This document shows positions 21,802 to 30,997 of a stretch of DNA of 32,000 bases, one piece after another. The position numbers and the translations under genes were made by a program. The DNA is from a cyanobacterium endosymbiont of Braarudosphaera bigelowii (GTDB lineage Bacteria > Cyanobacteriota > Cyanobacteriia > Cyanobacteriales > Microcystaceae), in contig NZ_AP024987.1 in NCBI RefSeq assembly GCF_020885515.1, positions 30,001 through 62,000 on the forward strand, in the 5' to 3' direction. How positions within the stretch are numbered: the first letter of the stretch is position 1; every line of letters starts with the position of its first letter. A model generated the notes under the pieces. It worked only from the letters and a program-made list of their open reading frames with translations, did not search any database and was not told where the DNA came from.

Positions 21802-22097
21802 ATATTTACAAAAAAGTTATGTTTTAATTAGTATTTACTATTTCATTCCGGTTGAAAAATAGTTCTACAGTTTATCAATCGCCTCTTTCAAGATTTAATT
21901 AAGTCATATTATCTTTCTCTTTTATCTATAGAGGAAAGATAATACAACCTAGTAAAAGTGACAATCTTAAAAGATAGGAAAAGTATATTTCGTGAAATTG
22001 TTATATTGGTTTATTAAAGTTGATATTTAATCTTAATAAAATACATAGTAAGTAGTATTTACCCAAAACTTATGTCTAACCAAACAGTTTTTAACAA

Positions 22098-23033
22098 TTA
22101 ACCATGCCATATTTTTTCCAATATTACTGATGAATGAATATCAGCTAATTTATTGCTGGGAGATTCGATTGTAATACAACGATTATGATTTGTAGGAATT
22201 TTTTGATTAGGATTAGTATCTGCAAATAATGCTATTGTGTATGTTCCTACAGCTATACTTAATTGTAATGGGACACTATCAGTACAAACTAAAAGGTTAG
22301 CTCCAGCAATGATTGCAGAAAGTTTGCCTAAATTATTAGGATTGATTGTTTTAAGATGTTTACAATTGTTTAATATAGGCTTTGTCCATGCTTCATCTAT
22401 ACTGCTTTGTAATAAAATTACTGACAAGGAAGGTTCTTTTTCATAAATTGTATTAATAATGTCTATCCAACTAGATGTTGGATAGACATTATTAATACCT
22501 CCATGTATCACGATATAACCGTTTTCTGCTACTTCTAAACGTTGTAATTCTTTCTCAGCCCAGCTTATATCATCCGTTGGGACAGCTATTTTTATGGAAG
22601 GACAAGGAGATTGAATATTTAAATTTAAAAGTAAATCATGATATGTTTTTGCAGCATATTGTTCTTTATCTTGAATGATTGAATGTGACAGTAACCATGA
22701 CGTTTGTGTCTTGTAACCAATACGCCAAGGAATACTATTCGACCACAGTAATAATTCCAGAATCCAGTTTTTTTCAGCAGTTATAGCAATGTCATACCCT
22801 TTATCACGAATTACTCCAATTAAATTGAGATAGTCAGCAGATGTGTGACGGTCTTGGTAATCAAAAACAAGAATCTCATTTATATAGGGACATATTCGAT
22901 AAGCAGATTTTGCCGATGGTTCTACTAGAACGTCAATAAGTGCATTAGGATATTTAATTTTAAGACTTTCTAGAGTTGGGAAAAATAAAAGTTGCTCATT
23001 TATTCCGCCAGGAACTAAAGATAATATTCGCAT
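22098..23033 (-). CDS. Glycosyltransferase family 9 (heptosyltransferase-like) protein
   Basis: The 311-aa product has the GT-B layout and the N-terminus MRILSLVPGGINEQLLFFPTLESLK typical of GT9 enzymes. A C-terminal LLVCTDSVPLQLSIAVG block is present. The acceptor and donor are unknown. Confidence 0.8.
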   Translation of the reverse strand: MRILSLVPGGINEQLLFFPTLESLKIKYPNALIDVLVEPSAKSAYRICPYINEILVFDYQDRHTSADYLNLIGVIRDKGYDIAITAEKNWILELLLWSNSIPWRIGYKTQTSWLLSHSIIQDKEQYAAKTYHDLLLNLNIQSPCPSIKIAVPTDDISWAEKELQRLEVAENGYIVIHGGINNVYPTSSWIDIINTIYEKEPSLSVILLQSSIDEAWTKPILNNCKHLKTINPNNLGKLSAIIAGANLLVCTDSVPLQLSIAVGTYTIALFADTNPNQKIPTNHNRCITIESPSNKLADIHSSVILEKIWHG

Positions 23034-23349
23034 AGTTTACGTCTAAATTATTGTGTTTATCCATCTAGATTACGACATAACAGTTCAACTTTAATAAAAA
23101 AGTTTTAAAAGTTTCCTTAATACCAAGAAATAAATTTCAATAAGATTGAGAGAAAATATTTTTATATTAATTTTTTGAAGCCTACGCATCACTTCCCTAA
23201 ACAAATAATGACAATTAAAATTAATATAATATTCATAGAATAAAGTTTATTTTTAGTAATTGTTTTTATATGAAATTTAAATATTTTTAAAATATAGAAA
23301 TTATTGAATAATTTTTTAGATGTTTAGTTTTGCTTTAAAGTTGAACAAT

Positions 23350-23916
23350 ATGAACAAAATTGCCTTATTTGGAACAAGTGCAGATCCTCCTACTACTGGA
23401 CATCAGTTAATTATTTCATGGTTATCATTTCATTACGATAAAGTAGGAATTTGGGCTTCTAATAATCCTTTCAAAAAGCATCAAACCTCTTTGTCTCATC
23501 GAACAACAATGCTTAGATTGCTAATTGAAAATATGCATCCATCTCGTTGTAATATTCATCTTTCAAAAAATTTAAGTCATCACAGAAGTCTTGTAAGTAT
23601 CGCTAGGGCTAAGAATATTTGGGAAAGGCAAGCAGATTATACTCTAGTAATTGGTTCAGATCTGGTGAAACAAATTCGTCAATGGTATCGTATCGAAAAA
23701 TTATTTTCCGAAGTCTCTATTTTAATAGTTCTTCGCTCTGGTTACGTAATTGATAAGTTAGATTTACAAACATTAGTTAGTTTAGGAGGAAGATGTCAAG
23801 TTGTTGACTTAAATGCTCCTGGTTTCTCTTCTACTACTTATCGAAAATATGGAGATCGAAATGTACTAACTAAATCTATTCAAGATTACATTGCCCAAGA
23901 GCAATTATATATATGA
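23350..23916 (+). CDS. nadD: Nicotinate-nucleotide adenylyltransferase NadD
   Basis: The nucleotidyltransferase motif IALFGTSADPPTTGH ((H/T)xGH) lies directly at the N-terminus when started at ATG 23350. An in-frame ATG at 23320 is an alternative start. Confidence 0.85.
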   Translation: MNKIALFGTSADPPTTGHQLIISWLSFHYDKVGIWASNNPFKKHQTSLSHRTTMLRLLIENMHPSRCNIHLSKNLSHHRSLVSIARAKNIWERQADYTLVIGSDLVKQIRQWYRIEKLFSEVSILIVLRSGYVIDKLDLQTLVSLGGRCQVVDLNAPGFSSTTYRKYGDRNVLTKSIQDYIAQEQLYI

Positions 23917-24094
23917 TATGTAGAAAATATAGATAAATGACTTTTATAAATTATAAAAAAACTATATTTTTAATTACAAATATTTAAAAGATAGAATGGT
24001 GAAGTTCGTTTAATAGTAAACAAGATAATATTAGAATTATATTTGATATAAAATATTTAGTTATTTATAAGACTAACGTTTAAATCAACCAACT

Positions 24095-25783
24095 ATGAAA
24101 ATTTTAATCGCTCAGCTAAACCCTGTTGTTGGTAACTTAAAATATAATGCTGATAATATTTATAAATCAGCTATTTTAGCAAAACAAAGAGAAGTTCAGT
24201 TATTATTAACTCCAGAACTTTCCCTATGTGGTTACCCTCCAAAAGACTTGGTATTAAGTTCTACTTTTATTGAAAATTCATGGTTAGAATTACAGAAATT
24301 AGCAAAAAGAATACCAAAAAAACTAGCAATTTTAGTTGGTATTGTTACTAAAAATTATTACTCAGATATTAAGGGAGAAAAGCCACTATTTAATAGTGTT
24401 GTTTTACTTCAAAACAATACTATTAAACAAATTTTTCATAAACGCCTTTTACCAAATTATGATGTATTTGATGAAAAACGTTATTTTGAGTCGGGGAAAA
24501 CAAGTAACTTTTTTGAACTACCATCTTCTTCACAAGAAAATCAATTTTCTAGAATTGGAGTAACAATATGTGAAGATTTATGGAATGATCAAATTTTTTG
24601 GGGACAGCGAAACTATAAGAATAATCCTATTGAAGATTTAGTTAAATATAAAGTCGACTTTATTGTTAATTTATCAGCTTCTCCATACATTATTCGTAAG
24701 CAAAAAGTTAGAGAATCTATGTTAAAACATAGTTCAAGACTATATCAGGTACCTATTGTTTATGTTAATCAAGTTGGGGGTAACGATGATTTAATTTTTG
24801 ATGGATATAGTTGTGCCACTAATAAAAAAGGAGAAATTATTCTATGTACTAAAGGATTTCAGGTACGTACAGAAATTATTGAATACAGCCACATAACCAG
24901 AGACCTTAAAGTAAGCTTCAATAAGAATTCCAACATAACAAAAGAAGAAGAAATTTGGTCAGCACTAGTATTAGGATTGAGAGATTATGCAATAAAGTGT
25001 GGATTTTCTAAAGTAGTTTTAGGTTTAAGTGGAGGTATCGATTCATCGCTAGTTGCTTCAATAGCAGCTGAATCTTTAGGTCCAAAAAATGTTCTAGGGA
25101 TACTAATGCCTTCTCCCCATAGTTCACAGCACTCAATTACTGATGCAAGACATTTGGCTAATAATTTAGGCATTAATAGTTATATGATTCCTATTAATAA
25201 TATTATGTTGGCATATGATTTCTCATTAAACTCACTATTTAAAACAGTAGAAATTGGAATTGCTGAAGAAAATTTACAGTCGAGAATTAGAGGAAATATA
25301 TTAATGGCAATTGCCAACAAATTTGGACATTTACTACTTTCAACAGGTAATAAATCTGAAATATCTATAGGATACTGTACTCTATATGGAGACATGAATG
25401 GTGGTATAGGCGTTATTGCAGATGTTGCGAAAACCCAGGTTTTTTCTCTTTGTAATTGGCTTAATAGATTCCAAGAAATTATTCCCAACAATATCCTTAT
25501 TAAACCTCCAAGTGCTGAGTTAAAACCTAACCAGATAGATCAAGATTCCCTACCTCCTTATAATATTTTGGATGATTTACTAAATAGATTTATAAATCAT
25601 CATCAATCTATTGAAGAAATACAGAAGGTGGGTTTTGACTATGATTTACTATATAAAATAGCAAAGCTAATCATTCGCGCTGAATTTAAGAGGAAACAGG
25701 CTCCCCCAGGATTAAAAATTACAAACCAGGCTTTTGGTACTGGATGGAGAATGCCTATTGCAAGCCATTTTGAACTGAACTAG
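24095..25783 (+). CDS. nadE: Glutamine-dependent NAD+ synthetase NadE (CN-hydrolase domain fused to an NAD synthetase domain)
   Basis: The N-terminal nitrilase-type domain carries the catalytic Cys context GVTICEDLW. The C-terminal ATP-PPase domain carries the PP-loop GLSGGIDSS. The length of 562 aa is typical of the fused form. Confidence 0.93.
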   Translation: MKILIAQLNPVVGNLKYNADNIYKSAILAKQREVQLLLTPELSLCGYPPKDLVLSSTFIENSWLELQKLAKRIPKKLAILVGIVTKNYYSDIKGEKPLFNSVVLLQNNTIKQIFHKRLLPNYDVFDEKRYFESGKTSNFFELPSSSQENQFSRIGVTICEDLWNDQIFWGQRNYKNNPIEDLVKYKVDFIVNLSASPYIIRKQKVRESMLKHSSRLYQVPIVYVNQVGGNDDLIFDGYSCATNKKGEIILCTKGFQVRTEIIEYSHITRDLKVSFNKNSNITKEEEIWSALVLGLRDYAIKCGFSKVVLGLSGGIDSSLVASIAAESLGPKNVLGILMPSPHSSQHSITDARHLANNLGINSYMIPINNIMLAYDFSLNSLFKTVEIGIAEENLQSRIRGNILMAIANKFGHLLLSTGNKSEISIGYCTLYGDMNGGIGVIADVAKTQVFSLCNWLNRFQEIIPNNILIKPPSAELKPNQIDQDSLPPYNILDDLLNRFINHHQSIEEIQKVGFDYDLLYKIAKLIIRAEFKRKQAPPGLKITNQAFGTGWRMPIASHFELN

Positions 25784-25919
25784 CATTACAACAACATTCA
25801 TTTTATCATTCAAACTTAATAGAATTTTAAAACAACACTGAATTATTACAGAGTACATAGTTCATATGTATGCAATATTTAAAACATCATATAAAGTTGA
25901 TTTTTTTGACCTTATTAAA

Positions 25920-26825
25920 TTAGTGAGTAATAAAATCAAGATATCCTTGGTCGCCGTTTATAATGACATTAATTCCTACTGGCAAAATGGCATTGACTTT
26001 ACCATGTCCAAAAGGCAAATTTGAGATAATTGGAATATTAAGATCTGATAAACGATCTCGTAACACTTCTTCTACAGTCCAAGAAGGGTTTTTAGAAAAA
26101 GTATTACATTGATTAAAGCTTCCTAATACAATTCCATGAACTTTATGAAATATTCCCATTAGTCTCCATTGTGTTAATATTCTATCAATTTTGTAAGGAT
26201 CCTCTCCAATATCTTCTAATGCTAAAATAGTTCCCTTAAGGGAAGGCTGTAGTGGAGTTCCTAATAAATGAGTAGCTACAGTCAAATTAGCTGGTAATAA
26301 TATTCCTTGGTTGATACCACCACCCCAACCTTCACCTTTTAAACTCGGTAATTTAAAACCTTGAATATAACTAAAGAATCGTTCGATAGACCAATTAGGT
26401 TCATCACATAATGTAGTTAACACAGGACCATGAATACTTCGAATCTTTATACTAGCTAATTTCCATAGTAAGACTGTAATGTCTGAAAAACCAATAATCC
26501 ATTTAGGATATTTTGTAAGTAGAATACTTAATTGTTTTTGCTCAAACAATCTAATAGAACCATAACCTCCTCGAAGTGGAATAATTGCCTTACATTTTGG
26601 ATTTTGTAAAGCTTCTAACAAATCACTAATACGCTGATTATCTGTACCCGCTAAGTACCCGTGACATGCGTTCCAGTTTTTACTGAGGACCATATTGTAT
26701 CCTTTCGAATGCCAAATTTCTATACCCTTTTCTAAATTAGATAATTCTATAAAAGGCCCACTTGGAGCAATAATTTGTACAGTATCTCCAGGCTTAAGAA
26801 AAGATGGGGTTTGAAAAAGATCCAT
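25920..26825 (-). CDS. LD-carboxypeptidase (peptidase S66; murein tetrapeptide carboxypeptidase/MccF-like)
   Basis: The S66 nucleophile elbow IGFSDITVLL is present, along with downstream LEDIGE and the LPFGHG His motif. The product is 301 aa. Confidence 0.85.
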   Translation of the reverse strand: MDLFQTPSFLKPGDTVQIIAPSGPFIELSNLEKGIEIWHSKGYNMVLSKNWNACHGYLAGTDNQRISDLLEALQNPKCKAIIPLRGGYGSIRLFEQKQLSILLTKYPKWIIGFSDITVLLWKLASIKIRSIHGPVLTTLCDEPNWSIERFFSYIQGFKLPSLKGEGWGGGINQGILLPANLTVATHLLGTPLQPSLKGTILALEDIGEDPYKIDRILTQWRLMGIFHKVHGIVLGSFNQCNTFSKNPSWTVEEVLRDRLSDLNIPIISNLPFGHGKVNAILPVGINVIINGDQGYLDFITH

Positions 26826-26999
26826 AAATATTGTTAATTCTACATTTTTTTAATAAGGTTAGCGTCGAAAAGTTACTATTTCATATCTAAAGAATATATT
26901 CATAGATAAACTATATATAGTTAAAATATATCAATGTTTTACTAGAGAAAAATTAAGAAATATTTTTTATTACTAGAAAATCAATAGCTATGGCATAGT

Positions 27000-27986
27000 T
27001 TATATATATCCATTATTTACAAACCAATCTATAGCATCCTGAAGTGAATCCCTAATAGGTCTATAAGATATGTTTAATTCATTAATAGCTTTAGAAGAAT
27101 CATAATACATAGGCTTTTTAGACATTCTAACTCCATCTAAAGGAATTCCTGGTTTTTTCCCAAGAGGAGACAAGACATATTCTTCCATCCAGGCAAATGT
27201 TAGAGGTAACCATATAGGTAATGTTCTTTCAGGGGCTTCTAATCCAGTAAGTAAGGATAATTCATCCAATAAAGCTTTTAAACTAAGATTTTTATTTCCC
27301 AAAATATACCTTTGCCCTGTTTTTCCTTTTTCTAAAGCTAAAATATGTCCATGAGCTACATCTCGAACATCAATTAAGTTTAAACCTGTATTCACATATG
27401 CAGGCATTTTACGACGTAAAAATCTTAAAATAATTTCTCCAGTTGGAGTGGGCTTAATATCGAATGGGCCAATTGGAGTACTAGGGTTTAGCAGAACAAT
27501 ATCTTGACCATCTTTTATAGCTCTATATACTTCTTGTTCTGCCCAATATTTAGATTTTTTGTAATGTCCAATTATTTTATCTACAGGAGCTTGATAATTT
27601 TCATTTACAATTTCTCCTGTTTCTTTTACTCCGATAGCAGCAACAGAACTAGTATAAATAATACGTTCAACGTTAGCTTGTTTTGCTGCTTTCAAAATTG
27701 AACGAGTTCCAAGTACGTTACTGTTGTAAAGTTGATTCTTATCTATTTGATAAAGAGAATAATAGGCAGCGACATGGAATAAAATTTTATATCCTCTCAT
27801 TTTTTCTGCTAAGTTGGTATCATTAAGGTCACCAAAAACAATATCAACATCCAAATTTTTTAAATTATTTAAATTGCTATAATTACGAGCTAAAACACGG
27901 ACTTGATAATTTTTTTGTATCAAAAGCCTAACAAGATTTGCGCCTACAAAGCCGGTACCACCCGTAACAAATACTTTAATAGCCAT
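27000..27986 (-). CDS. Extended SDR NAD-dependent epimerase/dehydratase (dihydroflavonol-reductase-like / HpnA-like)
   Basis: The Rossmann motif VTGGTGFVGANLV, the catalytic YxxxK (YKKSKYWAE) and a TSS serine are present. The product is 328 aa. The substrate is not callable. Confidence 0.85.
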   Translation of the reverse strand: MAIKVFVTGGTGFVGANLVRLLIQKNYQVRVLARNYSNLNNLKNLDVDIVFGDLNDTNLAEKMRGYKILFHVAAYYSLYQIDKNQLYNSNVLGTRSILKAAKQANVERIIYTSSVAAIGVKETGEIVNENYQAPVDKIIGHYKKSKYWAEQEVYRAIKDGQDIVLLNPSTPIGPFDIKPTPTGEIILRFLRRKMPAYVNTGLNLIDVRDVAHGHILALEKGKTGQRYILGNKNLSLKALLDELSLLTGLEAPERTLPIWLPLTFAWMEEYVLSPLGKKPGIPLDGVRMSKKPMYYDSSKAINELNISYRPIRDSLQDAIDWFVNNGYI

Positions 27987-28198
27987 AATTTTATAAAAAA
28001 TAAACGATTTACTTTACAAAGTATAGTATCTATTTATTAATATCTTTTAAAACTACAATCATCTTCTGATTTTAGTTTTAAACTATATAACTATCTGTTG
28101 TTTTTTTGTACTAATTAATTAGTATTTTAAATAAAAAACAATAATCTTTTTGCAACCTTATAAAACATCACACCAGCTAAAATATGGATAAATTAATG

Positions 28199-28894
28199 CT
28201 AGTGTTTTTCAGAATTTAACCATTGCTCTAGAAGATCAGGACGACGTTTTTGAGTACGTTGTATCTGTTGTTCTCTTCTCCATTTCGTAATAAGCTTATG
28301 ATTTCCAGACCTCAATATGTCAGGGACATGCATATTTTTAAAAACAGGAGGATGAGTATATTGAGGATAATCTAATAAGCTACTATTGAAACTTTCAGTT
28401 TTTAACGATTCTGATTTTCCTACAGTTCCAGGTAATAGACGAACTACCCCATTAATTAACGTTAATGCTGGAATTTCTCCACCAGTAAGTACAAAATCAC
28501 CCAGTGAGATCTCTTGATTGGCCAAAAAACGAATTCTTTCATCAAAGCCTTCATAATGTCCACAAATCAAAATAAGTTGTTCATAATTGGTTACTAAAGT
28601 TTGTAAAATATCTTGAGTCAATGGAGAACCCTGAGGAGATAAAAGAATTGTAGATCTTCTAGGCAAAACTTGTAAAGAATTAACTGCTGCAAATATTGGT
28701 TCAGGTTTTAACAGCATTCCTACACCACCTCCATAGGGTTTATCATCAACTTTACGATAGTTATCAGTAGTAAATTGACGAGGATCAACTAAATTAACTG
28801 TTGCAATGTTTCTACTCAGTGCTTTTCCAATAAGCCCAGATTGCAATCCAGATATAAAGAAGTTAGGGAATAAGGTAACAACATCAAACTTCAT
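28199..28894 (-). CDS. trmD: tRNA (guanine37-N1)-methyltransferase TrmD
   Basis: The N-terminus MKFDVVTLFPNFF, then YGGGVGMLLKPEP, ICGHYEGFDERI and LTGGEIPA are all typical TrmD motifs. Confidence 0.95.
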   Translation of the reverse strand: MKFDVVTLFPNFFISGLQSGLIGKALSRNIATVNLVDPRQFTTDNYRKVDDKPYGGGVGMLLKPEPIFAAVNSLQVLPRRSTILLSPQGSPLTQDILQTLVTNYEQLILICGHYEGFDERIRFLANQEISLGDFVLTGGEIPALTLINGVVRLLPGTVGKSESLKTESFNSSLLDYPQYTHPPVFKNMHVPDILRSGNHKLITKWRREQQIQRTQKRRPDLLEQWLNSEKH

Positions 28895-29431
28895 AAATAG
28901 CCTAAAAACTAAAAGTAGTATTTAATTTACTGAACTTAGTTTAGTATAGTTTGTATGTAGTTGAAATATAAAAAATATAGATTGGTTTTAGAATATATAT
29001 TATTTGTATGGAAATTATTTTAATCTATCTATTCTTCAATTTTAGTGGAATACTTCTATAAAAGATAGTGATATTTTTATTGGATTCAGTTATTTTTTCC
29101 TGAATAAAAAAGTTAATACATATTTATTAGAAAACTTATACAAAACTATAATAATTCTCTTCTCGTAAAACTATCACAACTATACTGGTTATATGTACAT
29201 CAATCCTTTTGAAGTATCGCTTGGTATTTTTTATATGAAAATAGTATAGAAAAACAGTGTATATTTTCATAGAGGCTACAAGATGCCTTATCAAAGTTGT
29301 ATCACAATAAACAAATCATAAAATATATTTGTAATTTTCTTTAAGATAATGATTTTAGATATACAAAAATATTTTTTTGCTTTTACATGTATGGAATGTA
29401 TAATTTACCCTATTAACTATTTAACTTTAAA

Positions 29432-29480
29432 TATAGCTTACAAAGAAAAAATAATTCTTATTTTTTCTTTGTAAGCTATA
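29432..29480. repeat. Orphan 23-bp perfect palindrome (3-nt loop) inside the divergent trmD/clpS spacer
   Basis: tatagcttacaaagaaaaaataa (29432-29454), loop ttc, then ttattttttctttgtaagctata (29458-29480), an exact reverse complement. It is not at the 3' end of any called gene. Confidence 0.6.
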
Positions 29481-29626
29481 ATAGCGGAGTGATTTTTTAT
29501 ATTCTGCTATTTCAAAAATATAAAAACCTAGGGTTTGATAGATGACTTTTAGAATCTAAATTCATTTACCAAATTAAGAATAATTTATATCAAATACTAC
29601 ATGATAGGATCGTAGAGGGGCAATCT

Positions 29627-29920
29627 ATGGTAACAAATGTAATAGAGAAAATATCTTTAAATACTTCCACTATTCAAAAACCGGTTCCTAGATATAAGGT
29701 TTTACTTCATAATGATGATTTTAATCCTATGGACTATGTGGTCCAAATCTTAATGCAAACGATATCTGGAATAACTCGACCCCAAGCTGCTGAAATAATG
29801 ATGGAAGCTCATATGAATGGGACTGCCCTAGTTATTACTTGTGCTTTTGAACCAGCCGAATTCTATTGTGAGACCTTAAAAAATCATGGTTTAATTAGCA
29901 CAATAGAACCAGATCTATAA
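29627..29920 (+). CDS. clpS: ATP-dependent Clp protease adaptor ClpS
   Basis: The 97-aa product has the core PRYKVLLHNDDFNPMDYVVQILM...AAEIMMEAHMNGTALV typical of ClpS. An SD gagggg lies 6 nt upstream of the ATG. Confidence 0.93.
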   Translation: MVTNVIEKISLNTSTIQKPVPRYKVLLHNDDFNPMDYVVQILMQTISGITRPQAAEIMMEAHMNGTALVITCAFEPAEFYCETLKNHGLISTIEPDL

Positions 29921-29995
29921 AAGATAAGAGAATTTGCTTAAATATCTTCTAGGATATATCTAGTTCCTTTAACACCTGAATCTAACTATAAACAA

Positions 29996-30820
29996 TTGAA
30001 ATTTAACTACTCTATAGTTTCTAATTACCCAGCACCCTTAAGATTGGGAGTTTTTATTGTCTTACTGTTGTTTCTTTGGTTACCTACTGCAATTCCATCA
30101 TTTTTTTTATTTAAATATGATTTAAATTTAAGAACAATAATTACAATGGGTCTATTGTATATAAACTTTATTATTCTCCTTTTTTTTTGGAATAGTAAGG
30201 TTCATAAAGTAAATAATTGGTGGAAACTATATGGATTAATCTTTACAAAAAAAAATGTAGTAGAGCTATTTAACGGGTTAACTGTTGGTATCTTTTTTAC
30301 TTTTGGATTATTTATTGTAGAAATGATTTTAGGATGGGTCGTCTTTATTAGACCATCACAGAATTTATTTTTACTGGTATTAGAAGGTTTACTAAGTGCT
30401 TTTGGAATTGCCTTTGCAGAAGAATTGTTTTTCAGAGGATGGTTATTAGAAGAATTAAGGATCAATTATTCTTACCGAGCTATCCTGATATCTAATAGTC
30501 TTATTTTTGCAACTTTACACTTTTTAAAGCCTTTGCAGGAAATTATTAGAACTTTTCCTCAGTTTCCTGCCTTATTTTTGTTAGGTATTATTTTAGTAGA
30601 AGCTAAAACAATACATAACAACAGATTAGGAATTTGCATTGGAATCCATGGAGGTTTGGTTTGGGGATATTACATATTGAATGTGGGAAAAATCATAAAA
30701 TATACTGATAAAGCTTCTTCAATCTTCACGGGAATCGATAATAATCCGATTGCAGGAATTATGGGAATAATAGGATTGTTAGCGTTATTTTTTTTGATGA
30801 AATATAAGAAACAATATTAG
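29996..30820 (+). CDS. CPBP family intramembrane glutamic endopeptidase (CAAX protease/Abi domain)
   Basis: The product is polytopic, with motif 1 AFAEELFFRGW and motif 2 FATLHF. The start is uncertain: the track uses TTG 29996. Confidence 0.8.
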   Translation: MKFNYSIVSNYPAPLRLGVFIVLLLFLWLPTAIPSFFLFKYDLNLRTIITMGLLYINFIILLFFWNSKVHKVNNWWKLYGLIFTKKNVVELFNGLTVGIFFTFGLFIVEMILGWVVFIRPSQNLFLLVLEGLLSAFGIAFAEELFFRGWLLEELRINYSYRAILISNSLIFATLHFLKPLQEIIRTFPQFPALFLLGIILVEAKTIHNNRLGICIGIHGGLVWGYYILNVGKIIKYTDKASSIFTGIDNNPIAGIMGIIGLLALFFLMKYKKQY

Positions 30821-30997
30821 AATTTTGTAGATTATGTACTAGGTATTCTCAGTCGATTTATTTTTTTAATATGTTTAAAGATAAATTAAAAAAATACAGA
30901 TTTTAGAACTTTTCATTTTTTAATTTTTATTAATGTAATAAGATTAGAATAAACATTATCAACTTAATTTTGCAAGCTTATAATCAGTTAATAGAAT

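Noticed and set aside
21931-21940. gaggaaag, which resembles the start of the conserved RNase P RNA motif (GAGGAAAGUCC)
   Set aside because: The match breaks after gaggaaag (next bases at, not tcc), and the 296-bp spacer is too short and too AT-rich to hold an RNase P RNA.
21908-21943. Imperfect hairpin (attatctttctct / agaggaaagataat, one bulge, 9-nt loop) between convergent ruvB and the GT9 gene
   Set aside because: It has no flanking T-run on either strand and the stem is imperfect. It may act as a weak terminator, but the support is too thin to call.
18115-22030. Shared 15-mer aaagttgatatttaa at 18115-18129 and 22016-22030, each about 70 nt downstream of a minus-strand gene stop
   Set aside because: At this AT-rich composition I estimate several chance 15-mer matches per 32-kb window. 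The second copy has no matching inverted arm. I do not count this as evidence of a repeat family without a genome-wide count.
22237-22446. 69-aa ORF (+) antisense to the GT9 gene
   Set aside because: It lies inside a supported CDS and has no motifs.
24336-25491. Track ORFs 24336..24563(+), 24985..25173(-) and 25180..25491(-) overlapping nadE
   Set aside because: All are alternative-frame or antisense to the full-length nadE frame, which carries both catalytic domains.
27504-27701. 65-aa ORF (+) antisense to the SDR epimerase gene
   Set aside because: It lies inside a supported CDS and is Phe/Ile/Ser-rich junk.
28109-28124. 16-nt perfect palindrome tactaattaattagta downstream of trmD
   Set aside because: With a minimal loop it gives only about a 6-bp all-AT stem. 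The T-run orientation does not fit termination of the minus-strand trmD. Short AT palindromes like this, and aactatatatagtt near 26910, are expected by chance here.
30202-30465. 87-aa ORF (-) antisense to the CPBP protease gene
   Set aside because: It lies inside a supported CDS and is Asn/Lys-rich low complexity.
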